Shown in pieces: positions 1 through 10,704 of a DNA stretch of 64,000 nucleotides (position 1 is the first letter of the stretch; the number at the start of each line of letters is the position of its first letter). The notes under the pieces are model-generated. The model ran no database searches. It had not been told where the DNA came from and was given only the letters and a program-made list of their open reading frames with translations. Made by a program: the position numbers and the translations under genes. This stretch comes from an uncultured candidatus Porisulfidus sp. (GTDB lineage Bacteria; Pseudomonadota; Gammaproteobacteria; Poriferisulfidales; Poriferisulfidaceae). Location of the stretch: NCBI GenBank assembly GCA_965116025.1, contig OZ220480.1, forward strand, positions 512,001 to 576,000. The letters run 5' to 3'.

Positions 1-47
1 ATGTGAAAAAATCGCACGAACTGCTGATATGGAGACATTCGGAATGA
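1..47 (+). CDS. 3' end of probable DNA adenine methyltransferase (partial, window edge)
   Basis: Frame from nt 3 reads VKKSHELLIWRHSE*, resembling the 'E-L-L-I' C-terminus of Dam/D12-class MTases. Its TGA (45-47) overlaps the ATG (44-46) of the next gene. Only 14 residues are visible. Confidence 0.4.
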   Translation, partial: VKKSHELLIWRHSE

Positions 48-835
48 ACGCGAGTCGGGCTAGCAGCCCAGAAGCCGCGAAGAAATATCGGCAAGATGGA
101 CATGACGACGCTTTGGCCTTCGCGCTCACGATAGGCCTGAGCCAAGACTATGAGCGAGACCGAAGAGCCAAAAAAGACGTGATCGATCCTTCTGGAGACG
201 CGCATTCGGTCAAGTCTGGGCAGAAAAAGTGGCAGATCTTTCTCTACAAGAGAAAGCGCTTCCTAGAAGATAATGGATTTCAGGCGCTCAACGGCATCGG
301 CTCGCTTTTGGTGCACTGCATCGATGCCTTCCCGCCTCGTTACAGCGACTATGAGGGCGACAAAGAGGCGGCGAAGCAACGACTTCAGGCACCAATGCGC
401 GAGCTTAAGGACCGCTTCCAACGCAAGGCGTTGCTCCGAGCGTTTCTGCGCAAATCCATCTTCAACGGTGGTGAGGTCAACTATCTGACTATCCTTCATG
501 ACGATATTTACCGTGTCTATTGGAGCGATGATGTGGTCAGAGAGATGGCGAGCGCGTTCGAGGTCGTGAATTCGACGGCGTTACGCGAAGGCGAGTTTGA
601 CGATCAGAAAGTGTTATTCCGTTGGGATGGCAAGAACGTAGGTGAGCTTGAAATGCGAAATGACAGTCCAAGGCATTATGGTGAGGTCAGATTCAATATG
701 CATAAGGAGCGATGCATGGCGGTGCTAGACGCGGCAGACTTGAAATCGAGAGACTGGTCGAGAAAAAACGTCCGACTCTATGGAAAGGCCATCCAGACCT
801 TCGGCAGATGGGTGCCCGCGCATAGAAGCGTATAG
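44..835 (+). CDS. Putative type II restriction endonuclease (PD-(D/E)xK-like)
   Basis: Lower GC than flanks. KKDVID...SVKSG resembles the D...SxK variant of the nuclease active site. GGAGA RBS at 31-35 and ATGA coupling to an MTase-like tail favour a start at 44 over 29. Confidence 0.55.
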   Translation: MNASRASSPEAAKKYRQDGHDDALAFALTIGLSQDYERDRRAKKDVIDPSGDAHSVKSGQKKWQIFLYKRKRFLEDNGFQALNGIGSLLVHCIDAFPPRYSDYEGDKEAAKQRLQAPMRELKDRFQRKALLRAFLRKSIFNGGEVNYLTILHDDIYRVYWSDDVVREMASAFEVVNSTALREGEFDDQKVLFRWDGKNVGELEMRNDSPRHYGEVRFNMHKERCMAVLDAADLKSRDWSRKNVRLYGKAIQTFGRWVPAHRSV

Positions 836-1023
836 ACCAACCGAATCTATAGTTGCGAGTTGAAATCCTTCGGCATGGCCCGACTCTATGACGAATCTCC
901 CAGAGCTTCACCACGTCTCGGATACGCTCCGGCATTTTGGCTTGCAGAGCGCGAGCGGCAACCGTCGGCTGGCCCCGTCTCCGTCATCTTGATTCCTTCA
1001 CTGTCCCAAAGCCTCTCGTAGAA

Positions 1024-2994
1024 ATGTCGCGCAGCAGATCTTCCGAACGGGCCGCCGCCCGCGGACCCCGCTCCTCCAAACCGATCCACGGGCACCTCAT
1101 CGCGCACCGCGACGGCTATGGCTTCGTGACCCCGGACAGCGGGGGGGAAGACATTTTTCTGCCTCAAGCGCAAATGCACACCGCGATGCATGGTGATTAC
1201 GTCTCGGTCTGGCCCGGACGGCCGGATCGGCGCGGGAAGATCAGTGGGATGTTTCACGAGATCCTGGAGCGCAGCCACGAGACCGTGATCGGGCGGTTCC
1301 AGGAATCTGACGGTCACGGGTCGCGCATCATCCCTGAGGATCCCAGGATTCGGCATGCCTTCGAGGCCGCGCCGCGCGCACGGGCGAAAGCCGGGGACCT
1401 GGTAGTGGCGGACATCACGGACTTTCCCCGGAAGGGACGGCCCGGCAAGGCCCGGGTCAGCCGCGTGATCGGCAACGCCGAGCAGAACACGGAGGTGGAT
1501 TTCGCCATCGCCTCGTTCAGCTTGCCGAACTCCTGGCCGCGTCAGGTCCGGAGAGAATTGCCTGGCCTGTCCGAGCTTGAGGACGAGATTCCACGGCGAG
1601 ACCTGATGGATCTGCCATTCGTGACCATCGACGGCGCGGACGCGAAAGACTTCGACGACGCCGTCTGCGCGCGCGCGAGCAAGTCGGGCTGGACCCTGTG
1701 GGTGGCGATCGCGGACGTCGCGCACTACGTTCGTCCGGGCGGCGCGCTGGACGCCGAGGCGCGCAAGCGCGGCACCTCAGTCTATTTCCCGAACCGGGTT
1801 ATCCCGATGCTGCCGCCAGAGCTGTCTGAGGATCTGTGCTCCCTGCGCCCGGACGTGGAGCGCAAGGCGCTGGTATGCGAGATGCGGCTAGATTCCCAAG
1901 GAACATCGCGATCGTCGCGGTTCTATCCGGCGCGGATCCGGTCACGGGCCCGGCTGACGTATTCGGTAGTGGACCAGGCGGTCTTTCAAAACCAGCCCGC
2001 CGCGCGGCGCCAGCTTGCGGACCGTTTGCCGGCGCTGGAGAGCCTGGTCGTCCTGTACCGGCTCCTTCACGCCAAGCGCGCGCGGCGCGGCGCGCTGGAC
2101 TTCGACAGCGTGGAGTGCCGCTTCAAGTTCGATGGGCGCGGGCGGGTCAAGGGCATCCACCCGGTCATCCGGCTGGAATCCCATCGGTTGATCGAGGAGT
2201 GCATGATCCTCGCCAATGTCGCGGCGGCCGACCATCTGCATCGGCACAAGCTGCACGGGCTGTACCGCGTCCACGACAAGCCCCAGCAAGAGAAGATCGA
2301 AACTTTGCGCGCCCTGGTGGCGGGCCTAGGCCTCGATTTCCCGCTTCGCGACCCCGTGACCCCGCTCGACTGCGCCTCCCTGCTTGAGCAAGCGCGGGGC
2401 GGCGAGCGGCAAGAGCTGGTCGAGCGCGCCCTGCTGCGAACCCAGAGCCTGTCCGTCTATTCCCCCGACAACATCGGGCACTTCGGCCTGGCCCTGGACC
2501 GCTACGCGCATTTCACCTCGCCGATCCGCCGCTACCCGGACCTCGCGGTGCATCGAGTGATCCGCCATACTTTGGAACGGGACGAGCGGACGAATCCCGC
2601 GCCATCTCATCGCGATATGACCGCGCTGGGCGAGCACTGCTCCATGACCGAGCGCCGCGCCGACGAGGCCGTGTGGGACGTCGAGGCGGCCTACAAGTGT
2701 CGTCTCGCGGAAAAGCATGTGGGCGAGCGTTTCCGCGGAACGATCACCACGGTCACGGAGTTCGGGATGTTCGTGGAGATGGACGGCCTTCACACGGAAG
2801 GCCTGCTCCATGTCCGAAAGATGGGCCGAGAATACTGTCGTTTCGAGGCGGACGCGCAACGGCTTCGGGGGGAGCGCAGCGGGCGGACCTGGCAAGCGGG
2901 CGACCGCATCGATGTCGTGATTCGGGAAGTCAGCCTGCGCGAGCGCAAGATTTCGCTGGAGTTCCCTCCCGGCCGCGGCCACGCGCGGGGATGA
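1024..2994 (+). CDS. rnr: Ribonuclease R
   Basis: HRDGYGFV cold-shock motif, TIDGADAKDFDDAV RNB motif, HFTSPIRRYPDL, C-terminal S1 domain; followed by rlmB. Confidence 0.95.
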   Translation: MSRSRSSERAAARGPRSSKPIHGHLIAHRDGYGFVTPDSGGEDIFLPQAQMHTAMHGDYVSVWPGRPDRRGKISGMFHEILERSHETVIGRFQESDGHGSRIIPEDPRIRHAFEAAPRARAKAGDLVVADITDFPRKGRPGKARVSRVIGNAEQNTEVDFAIASFSLPNSWPRQVRRELPGLSELEDEIPRRDLMDLPFVTIDGADAKDFDDAVCARASKSGWTLWVAIADVAHYVRPGGALDAEARKRGTSVYFPNRVIPMLPPELSEDLCSLRPDVERKALVCEMRLDSQGTSRSSRFYPARIRSRARLTYSVVDQAVFQNQPAARRQLADRLPALESLVVLYRLLHAKRARRGALDFDSVECRFKFDGRGRVKGIHPVIRLESHRLIEECMILANVAAADHLHRHKLHGLYRVHDKPQQEKIETLRALVAGLGLDFPLRDPVTPLDCASLLEQARGGERQELVERALLRTQSLSVYSPDNIGHFGLALDRYAHFTSPIRRYPDLAVHRVIRHTLERDERTNPAPSHRDMTALGEHCSMTERRADEAVWDVEAAYKCRLAEKHVGERFRGTITTVTEFGMFVEMDGLHTEGLLHVRKMGREYCRFEADAQRLRGERSGRTWQAGDRIDVVIREVSLRERKISLEFPPGRGHARG

Positions 2995-3740
2995 CCTCGC
3001 CAGATCTGATCTATGGGCGCCACGCCGTGCTGGCGGCGCTGAAGGCGCGCCCTGGCGACATCCGAGAGATTTGGATCCAAAACGGAGAGAGCGTCTCGCC
3101 GACCGATCCACTGGTGGTCCAGGCGCGGGAAGCGCGCGTTTCGATTCAGCGCGTCAACGCCGCCACGTTGCGCCGGCGCGTTGGAGACGCGGCGCACCAA
3201 GGCGTGGCCGCTCGGGCCCGGCCAGCCAGCCCGAAAGAGGATCTGGATGGCTTGCTGGAGAGGGATCTGGAGTTCGCGCGCCTTCTCGTGCTGGACGGGG
3301 TCACGGACCCGCGCAATCTAGGCGCCTGCCTGCGCGTCGCCGAGGCGGCGGGCGTTCGCGCCGTCATCGCGCCCGCCCGCCGGCAAGCTCGGCTGGCCAG
3401 CGGCGCTTTCAAGTCAGCCTCAGGCTCGGCTGAGCGAGTGCCTTTGCTGCGAGTTTCCAACTTGGCCCGGAGTTTAGAGCGAATCAAGCGAGCGGGGGTA
3501 TGGCTGTACGCGGCCGCGGCGGATTCCGGGACGGATCTCTGGCGGACGACGTTTCGTCTTCCTTGGGCCATGGTCGTGGGCGGCGAGGGGCGAGGCCTTC
3601 GCGCGCGAACGCGCGCGTTGTGCGATTTTTCCGTCAGCATTCCCATGCGAGGCGAGGTCGAGAGCCTCAATGTGGCTACCGCCTCCAGCGTGTTGCTGTT
3701 CGAGGCCGACCGTCAGTCCCGGGAAGGGAAAGAGCGATGA
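2991..3740 (+). CDS. rlmB: 23S rRNA (guanosine-2251-2'-O)-methyltransferase
   Basis: IYGRHAV, HQGV, LDGVTDPRNLGACLR, GGEG, ESLNVA SPOUT motifs; ATGA overlap with rnr. Confidence 0.93.
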   Translation: MTSPDLIYGRHAVLAALKARPGDIREIWIQNGESVSPTDPLVVQAREARVSIQRVNAATLRRRVGDAAHQGVAARARPASPKEDLDGLLERDLEFARLLVLDGVTDPRNLGACLRVAEAAGVRAVIAPARRQARLASGAFKSASGSAERVPLLRVSNLARSLERIKRAGVWLYAAAADSGTDLWRTTFRLPWAMVVGGEGRGLRARTRALCDFSVSIPMRGEVESLNVATASSVLLFEADRQSREGKER

Positions 3741-5026
3741 AGGTTCTGGTCATCGGGGGCGGAGGCCGGGAGCATGCGCTGGCCTGGAAGCTCGCGCGGT
3801 CGAGGGACGCGGAGCGGGTGTTCGTGGCGCCAGGAAACGCGGGCACGGCGCGAGAGCCGGGAGTTCGAAACGTTCCGATCCCCGCCACGGAAACGGAAAG
3901 CTTGCTGGCGTTCGCGGAGTCGAAGGACATCGGCCTGACCGTGGTCGGGCCGGAAAGCCCGCTGGCGGCGGGACTGGTCGATCAGTTCGAGAAGGCGGGT
4001 CGCCGCGCGCTCGGGCCCCGCGCGGCCGCGGCCCGGCTGGAGAGTTCCAAGGGGTTCAGCAAAGACTTCATGGCGCGCCACGATATCCCCACGGCGCCCT
4101 ACGAGCGGTTCGTGGATTTCAAGGAAGCCCGGCGATTCCTGACCAAGCAAGCCTCCCCGATCGTCGTCAAGGCCGACGGCCTCGCGGCCGGAAAGGGGGT
4201 CGTGGTGGCGGCCACCCTCGCCGAGGCCGAGCGGGCCGCTTCGGCGATGCTGCGGGAAAACCGGTTCGAGAAGGCCGGACGGTCGATCGTGATCGAGAAA
4301 TATCTGGCGGGAGAGGAAGCCAGCTTCATCTGTCTGGTGGACGGCGAGAACGTGGTGAATCTAGCTACGTCGCGGGACCACAAGACGCGCGACGAGGGTG
4401 GCCGGGGTCCGAACACCGGCGGCATGGGCGCGTATTCGCCGGCCACGCCGCTGGTGACGCGGGCGACGGAGGAACGCGCGATGGAAGACATCATCCGACC
4501 CGCCATTCGGGGGCTGGCTTTGGAGGGAACGCCCTACCAAGGATTCCTGTACGCGGGGCTCATGCTGGATCCCGAGGAAGGCCCCAAGACGCTCGAGTTC
4601 AACTGTCGCTTGGGCGACCCCGAGACCCAACCGATCATGATGCGGCTGGATTCGGACTTGCTGGAACTCTGCATGGCCGCCATCGATGGACGCTTGGGCG
4701 AGCGCGCTCCACAGTGGGACTCGCGCCCGGCGCTGAGCGTGACGCTGGCCATCCGCGATTATCCGGGCGACTATCCCAAAGGCGTTCCCGTCTTCGGGCT
4801 GGACGAGGCGGAAGAGGATCCTGACGTGAAGGTCTTCCACGCCGGAACCGCTCTGGACGACGGGCAGGTCGTGACGAATGGCGGCAGGGTGTTTAGCGTC
4901 TGCGCGAAAGCGGACGCCTTGGCCTTGGCCCGAGCCAAGGCGTATCGGGCGGCGGAGAAGATCAGGTTTGAGGGAAAGTTCCTCCGGCGCGACATCGGAG
5001 CGATCAGCCCGGGAGAAGGCCGGTGA
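3737..5026 (+). CDS. purD: Phosphoribosylamine--glycine ligase
   Basis: MKVLVIGGGGREHALAWKL, VVKADGLAAGKGV, GPNTGGMGAYSP, EFNCRLGDPETQ. Confidence 0.97.
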   Translation: MKVLVIGGGGREHALAWKLARSRDAERVFVAPGNAGTAREPGVRNVPIPATETESLLAFAESKDIGLTVVGPESPLAAGLVDQFEKAGRRALGPRAAAARLESSKGFSKDFMARHDIPTAPYERFVDFKEARRFLTKQASPIVVKADGLAAGKGVVVAATLAEAERAASAMLRENRFEKAGRSIVIEKYLAGEEASFICLVDGENVVNLATSRDHKTRDEGGRGPNTGGMGAYSPATPLVTRATEERAMEDIIRPAIRGLALEGTPYQGFLYAGLMLDPEEGPKTLEFNCRLGDPETQPIMMRLDSDLLELCMAAIDGRLGERAPQWDSRPALSVTLAIRDYPGDYPKGVPVFGLDEAEEDPDVKVFHAGTALDDGQVVTNGGRVFSVCAKADALALARAKAYRAAEKIRFEGKFLRRDIGAISPGEGR

Positions 5027-5033
5027 TCCCGAG

Positions 5034-6290
<1,257 letters not shown>

Positions 6291-6488
6291 GTTGGCGTGG
6301 GAAATAAGGATGTGGATGAGGGCGCTAGGGGTCGGAATGTCATGCGGCCTCCGCCGCATGGGGGCGGGAAATGCCGCGTTGCGGCGATCTTCCCGAAACG
6401 GTTATGGAATCGCGGGGCGGACGCCCGGCCTGGAAAGGCCGTCTAGTCTAGCATATCGGCGCGTTCCCGGACCCCGCCTAGGCGAGGG

Positions 6489-6815
6489 CTACAGATGCTC
6501 TTCGATGAACGCGGTCAACTGCGACTTGGACAGGGCGCCAACGCGCTGCCCCGCCATCTCCCCGTTCTTGAAGATGATCAGGGTCGGAATCCCGCGAATT
6601 CCGTATTTCGGCGGAGTCTGGGGATTGTCGTCCACGTTGAGCTTCGCGATCTTGACGCGCCCCTCGTACAGATCCGCGAGCTCCTCGAGCACCGGCGCGA
6701 CCATCCGGCAGGGGCCGCACCATTCCGCCCAGAAGTCCACCAGCACGGGGCCGTCTCCAGAGAGAACCACGGACCCGAAGTCGTCATCGCCGACCGGCGC
6801 GATATTGCTGCTCAA
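6489..6815 (-). CDS. trxA: Thioredoxin 1
   Basis: [10 protein letters not shown] active site; TTG start with GAGGAG RBS; conserved trxA-rho synteny. Confidence 0.95.
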   Translation of the reverse strand: MSSNIAPVGDDDFGSVVLSGDGPVLVDFWAEWCGPCRMVAPVLEELADLYEGRVKIAKLNVDDNPQTPPKYGIRGIPTLIIFKNGEMAGQRVGALSKSQLTAFIEEHL

Positions 6816-7182
6816 TGAAATCTCCTCACTCCGCGGGGCATCCCGATGCGCGAACGTTCGGCCGAAACTGGCCAGTGCCAAATTATAGCACCGAGGCCAA
6901 CGCGCGGGAATCTCGTCCGAGCGCATGCCTCGCGATCAAATTGGCGCGAAACGGCCGGTCACGCATGGACGCCCTCGCTTTCCAAATATCTCGCGCGGCT
7001 CGTTCGCGCCTGATCGCTTCAGCGCCCCACTCCCACGAACCGCTCGCATAGATCATCCACCCTTTCCGCTCGCTTGGTCGAGTCACGGCGCCCACAGAGC
7101 GACCGCGGATTAGCGGTCTCATCTCCCCGCCCGCGTCGGATGGCCCTAAACCCCGGGATACGTTCCCCGCCAACGCGAGGAT

Positions 7183-7216
7183 AGAGAACGGGCGGCCATC
7201 AAGCCGCCCGTTCTCT
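7183..7216. terminator. Perfect 14-bp stem hairpin, terminator-like
   Basis: AGAGAACGGGCGGC-CATCAA-GCCGCCCGTTCTCT, about 200 nt downstream of the RTX gene; U tract weak. Confidence 0.55.
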
Positions 7217-7411
7217 TTGGTCATTGGGGATCGCGTCCTATCCGACCCGTCAAAATCTCTATCGCCTCTCTCGGCCGTGACTAATCCCAACCTCGCGCAT
7301 AAGAAGCAGGTCAAGCTCCTCAGCCGTGAGCTTCTCCCCCACGCTCCCGCTCCAACAGCGCAACTAGTCCCTTCGATTCCTCGCCGTTCCTCGTTTGACT
7401 CGCCTCATCCA

Positions 7412-8269
7412 TCACCCGAGTCCCATGAAATCCCAATCGCCAGAATCGTCCTGCAGGTCACTGAGGTCCGTATTCTCCAGCGTGATGCTCCAGTCTTGAT
7501 CCCGCGCGGAAATCGCCGTTATCTCCACATGCTGACCTTTTCGCTCAATGTCCAGATCCGCGTACGCGTACGCGCGCCCATCAGTGAATTTGATTTTGTC
7601 CGCGTCATCCCAACCGATGATCTTGTCCTCTCCGCTCTGATCGCCGAATATGTACGTATCCGCTCCTTTGTCGCCGTACAGGCTGTCATCGCCTTTTCCG
7701 CCTTGCAGCCTGTCGCCGCCCTCGCCTCCAAACAAGACGTCATCGCCTTTTCCACCTTTCAACCTGTCATCGCCCTCGCCCCCGTACAAGATGTCATCGC
7801 CCGCGCCGCCTTTCAACTTGTCATCGCCCCTGCCTCCGTACAGCCGATCACCGCCCGCGCCGCCGAAAAGCCTGTCATCACCCTCATCGCTGAGCAACCA
7901 GTCATCGCCCTTGCCGCCAAGCATCACGTCATCGCCCGCGCCGCCGCTCAACCAGTCCCCACCCTTGCCGCCGAGCATCGTGTCGTCGCCATCGTGGCCG
8001 TACAGATGGTCATCACCCTTGCCCCCGTACAGATGGTCATCGCCCGCGCCGCCGCGCAACCAGTCCTTGCCCTTGCCTCCTTTCAGAACATCGTCGCCAT
8101 CGCCGCCGGACAGAAAATCGTCGCCAGCGCCACCGAATATCTTGTCATCGCCGTTCATGCCCTTCCGTCTGTCATCGCCTTTGGTTCCAATGATTTCGTA
8201 GTCCGCGTTCGGATCCTTCCAAGTGAAGGAATCGTCCGTCAGGATCGCGTGTCCGGTCTTCCAGCTCAT
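7412..8269 (-). CDS. RTX (hemolysin-type Ca-binding) repeat protein, probable type I secretion substrate
   Basis: 20 consecutive GGxGxDxLx-type nonapeptides, then DTYIF..GEDKI..W and an acidic tail ending WDFMGLG; GGAGG RBS. Confidence 0.9.
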   Translation of the reverse strand: MSWKTGHAILTDDSFTWKDPNADYEIIGTKGDDRRKGMNGDDKIFGGAGDDFLSGGDGDDVLKGGKGKDWLRGGAGDDHLYGGKGDDHLYGHDGDDTMLGGKGGDWLSGGAGDDVMLGGKGDDWLLSDEGDDRLFGGAGGDRLYGGRGDDKLKGGAGDDILYGGEGDDRLKGGKGDDVLFGGEGGDRLQGGKGDDSLYGDKGADTYIFGDQSGEDKIIGWDDADKIKFTDGRAYAYADLDIERKGQHVEITAISARDQDWSITLENTDLSDLQDDSGDWDFMGLG

Positions 8270-8399
8270 GGCCGCCTCCGCTCTTGCTTCGCTAATCAGC
8301 GCGACTTAACGTCTCCGTAGCGTATGCTATCACGAGCTCTTGCGCGGCAACGCCAGCCTCGCTCAGATATTCAGAAGGCACCCGTGCCGGGCCTAGAGC

Positions 8400-8510
8400 C
8401 GGACGCGCGCGACGTGTGATCGACATGGAGATCCTTGACCTTCAGTGACGGCCCCCACGGCCCGGACCGTCTCTCCGCTGGCTTCCGGGCGGGAGATCTA
8501 TGTTTTCCGA
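8400..8510 (-). pseudogene. Possible eroded HNH-domain remnant
   Basis: With two frameshifts the minus strand reads ENIDLPPGSQRRDGPGRG / LKVKDLHVDH / VARV, resembling 'Q..CxGC..LxVDHIVPR' of HNH domains. Confidence 0.25.
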
Positions 8511-8630
8511 GGCCCGAGCTGAATCCGGCATGCTAGGATGATCTTTTGGATTCACGCGGCTCGCGCCGTCCTGACAGTTAGTTCTCGCTATTTTCCATAG
8601 CGTTCATGATTCACGCCCCCAATCGCGCCG

Positions 8631-8978
8631 ATGATTCTGAACGTCACCATTAACGAGAAATCCTATCCGATCCGGATTCCGGGCGGCATGCTCGAAGAGG
8701 CCGCGGACGTGTTCGCCCGCATGGATGCCGACATGGATCGAGGTTGGCAGATGTCCCGGATCTGGGTGGACCGCCCGGACGATTTCCAGCGTTGCCAGAT
8801 CGTCGCGGATCGACTGCTGACGGCCATGGAGAACGGCAACCAGGAACTGGCGACCATGATGGCCGCCTACATCATGGCGCGCGCGCCCGGCGTCCAGGAA
8901 ATCGCGATCGATGCCAGCGGCGACATGACGCGGACCATGATCAAGCGAGAAACGCCGGCTTCGGCCGATCCCTCCTGA
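8631..8978 (+). CDS. Conserved hypothetical protein
   Basis: Host-like codon usage; MDADMDRGWQMSR..QRCQIVADRLL resembles a hypothetical family I recall from sulfur-oxidising gammaproteobacteria. Confidence 0.75.
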   Translation: MILNVTINEKSYPIRIPGGMLEEAADVFARMDADMDRGWQMSRIWVDRPDDFQRCQIVADRLLTAMENGNQELATMMAAYIMARAPGVQEIAIDASGDMTRTMIKRETPASADPS

Positions 8979-9003
8979 CTGGCGCCAGCGCGCGGCGGAG
9001 CGC

Positions 9004-10701
9004 CTATTCGTAAAACGCGGAAACGATTTTTTCGTATTTCTCCTCGAGCGCGTGGCGCCGCAGCTTCAGCGTGGAGGTCAGAAGCCCATCCCGCTCGCTC
9101 CACGGCTCGGTCTCGACGTGCAAGCGCTTGATCCGCGCGTATCCCGGAAAATCGGCCAGCAGTCCCCCGACCGAATCCAGAAGCCGCTCCTCGTCCACCG
9201 GCTCCTCGACCACGACGACCGCCGACAGGAACGGTCGCCCCTCCCCGACCACCCAGGCCTGGCGGATTCCGGGGCCATTGAGCAACGCGCCCTCGATATC
9301 CTCCGGCGGGACCTTCTCCCCGTTGGACAGGACGATGATCTCCTTCGCCCGTCCCACGATGTAGATGTGCCCATCCTCGATTCGCGCCAGATCTCCGGTG
9401 TGAAACCACCCTTCGTCATCAATCGCCGCCCGGGTCGCCTCCGGATCGTCCAGATACCCCCGCATCACCCCTTCTCCCCTCACCAGCAACTCCTTCTCCT
9501 CGCTCAGCCGCGCCTCCACTCCAGGGATAGGCGGCCCGACCGAGCCACGGCGAACGTCGTTCTCCCGGTTGACGCTGACCACCGGGGAGGTTTCCGTCAG
9601 GCCATAGCCCTGCAGCGTTTTCAGCCCGATTCCGGAGAAGAAGTCCGCCACCCTGGCGTTCATCGGGGCGCCGCCCGTGATGGCGACCCGCAGGCGCCCG
9701 CCCAGGCCCCGCAGAACCTTCCGACCGATGAGGTGGCGCGGCAACAGGCCGAAAAGTCTCCACAAGGAGAAAGGGCCCGCGCGGCCCGCTTTCTCGCTCA
9801 AGGACGTAAGAATCCGTCCAATCGGGCCGCTCAACGGTCGTTGCGAGATCAGTCCGCGGTAGATTTTCTCGTACACGCGAGGCACCGACACCATGACGGT
9901 CGGCGGTTGCTGGAGCAGATCCCGGCGCAACGTGGCGATGGAGCGGGCGAACGCCACCGTGGACCCATGGAGCATGGGGGCGTAGTAGCCGACCGTCCGC
10001 TCGAACATGTGCGATAGCGGCAGGAAAGACAGCAACCGGTCTTCCGGCCCGATCGGAACGGCCTCCGTCGCCGCGATCGCGTTGCTCAGGATATTCGTGT
10101 GGGTCAGCGACACCCCCTTGGGGCGTCCAGTGGTTCCAGAGGTGAACACGATGGTCGCGAGAGAGCCAGGATCCTTTCGCGCGACTTGATACGGAGACGC
10201 GGAAGGGGCGAGAGCGAGCTCCTGGAAAAACGGCCTGACCCCCGCGTCCGGGACCGGATCGGCGCTGAAGACATGCTCGACGCCAAACATTCGCCTTCGC
10301 TCATCTCTGAGGGATTCCCACTGGGCCCGTCCGCCGATGAACAGCGCGCGCATGCGGCTGCGCTCGGCCACGTACGCGACGTTGCCGCCCCGGTCCCTGT
10401 AGTAGAGCGGAACGGTCACGACGCCGAGCCCGGCCGCGGCCAGATCCAGAATGACCCAGTACGTCCCCCCGCGCGCCATGATGCCGACCCGGTCATCCGC
10501 CTTGAGCCCCAAGCGCCGCTCGAGCAACCACTGGGCGCGCCCCGCCTGCTGGTGAACCCATCGCCAGCTGTGCGAGAACCATTTGCCCGTCACGTGGCTG
10601 TATTCGACGTAGGCGGCCGCGTCCGGGGTGGCCTTCGCCCGGCTCTCGAACAGCTGCCCCAGAGCGCTAGCGCTCGAGATCCCTTTCAGAGCGGCCATCA
10701 A
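9004..10701 (-). CDS. fadD: Long-chain fatty acid--CoA ligase (AMP-dependent synthetase)
   Basis: FTSGTTGRPKGV, QGYGLTETSP, GWFHTGD, GRAKEIIVLSNGEKV; last gene of the fad operon. Confidence 0.88.
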   Translation of the reverse strand: MMAALKGISSASALGQLFESRAKATPDAAAYVEYSHVTGKWFSHSWRWVHQQAGRAQWLLERRLGLKADDRVGIMARGGTYWVILDLAAAGLGVVTVPLYYRDRGGNVAYVAERSRMRALFIGGRAQWESLRDERRRMFGVEHVFSADPVPDAGVRPFFQELALAPSASPYQVARKDPGSLATIVFTSGTTGRPKGVSLTHTNILSNAIAATEAVPIGPEDRLLSFLPLSHMFERTVGYYAPMLHGSTVAFARSIATLRRDLLQQPPTVMVSVPRVYEKIYRGLISQRPLSGPIGRILTSLSEKAGRAGPFSLWRLFGLLPRHLIGRKVLRGLGGRLRVAITGGAPMNARVADFFSGIGLKTLQGYGLTETSPVVSVNRENDVRRGSVGPPIPGVEARLSEEKELLVRGEGVMRGYLDDPEATRAAIDDEGWFHTGDLARIEDGHIYIVGRAKEIIVLSNGEKVPPEDIEGALLNGPGIRQAWVVGEGRPFLSAVVVVEEPVDEERLLDSVGGLLADFPGYARIKRLHVETEPWSERDGLLTSTLKLRRHALEEKYEKIVSAFYE

Positions 10702-10704
10702 ATC

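Noticed and set aside
6930-7400. Possible tRNA or ncRNA in the trxA-RTX intergenic region
   Set aside because: No cloverleaf or T-loop motif found; only one hairpin.
7217-8320. Repetitive + strand ORFs (367 aa and 183 aa)
   Set aside because: Antisense shadows of the 27-bp periodic RTX gene.
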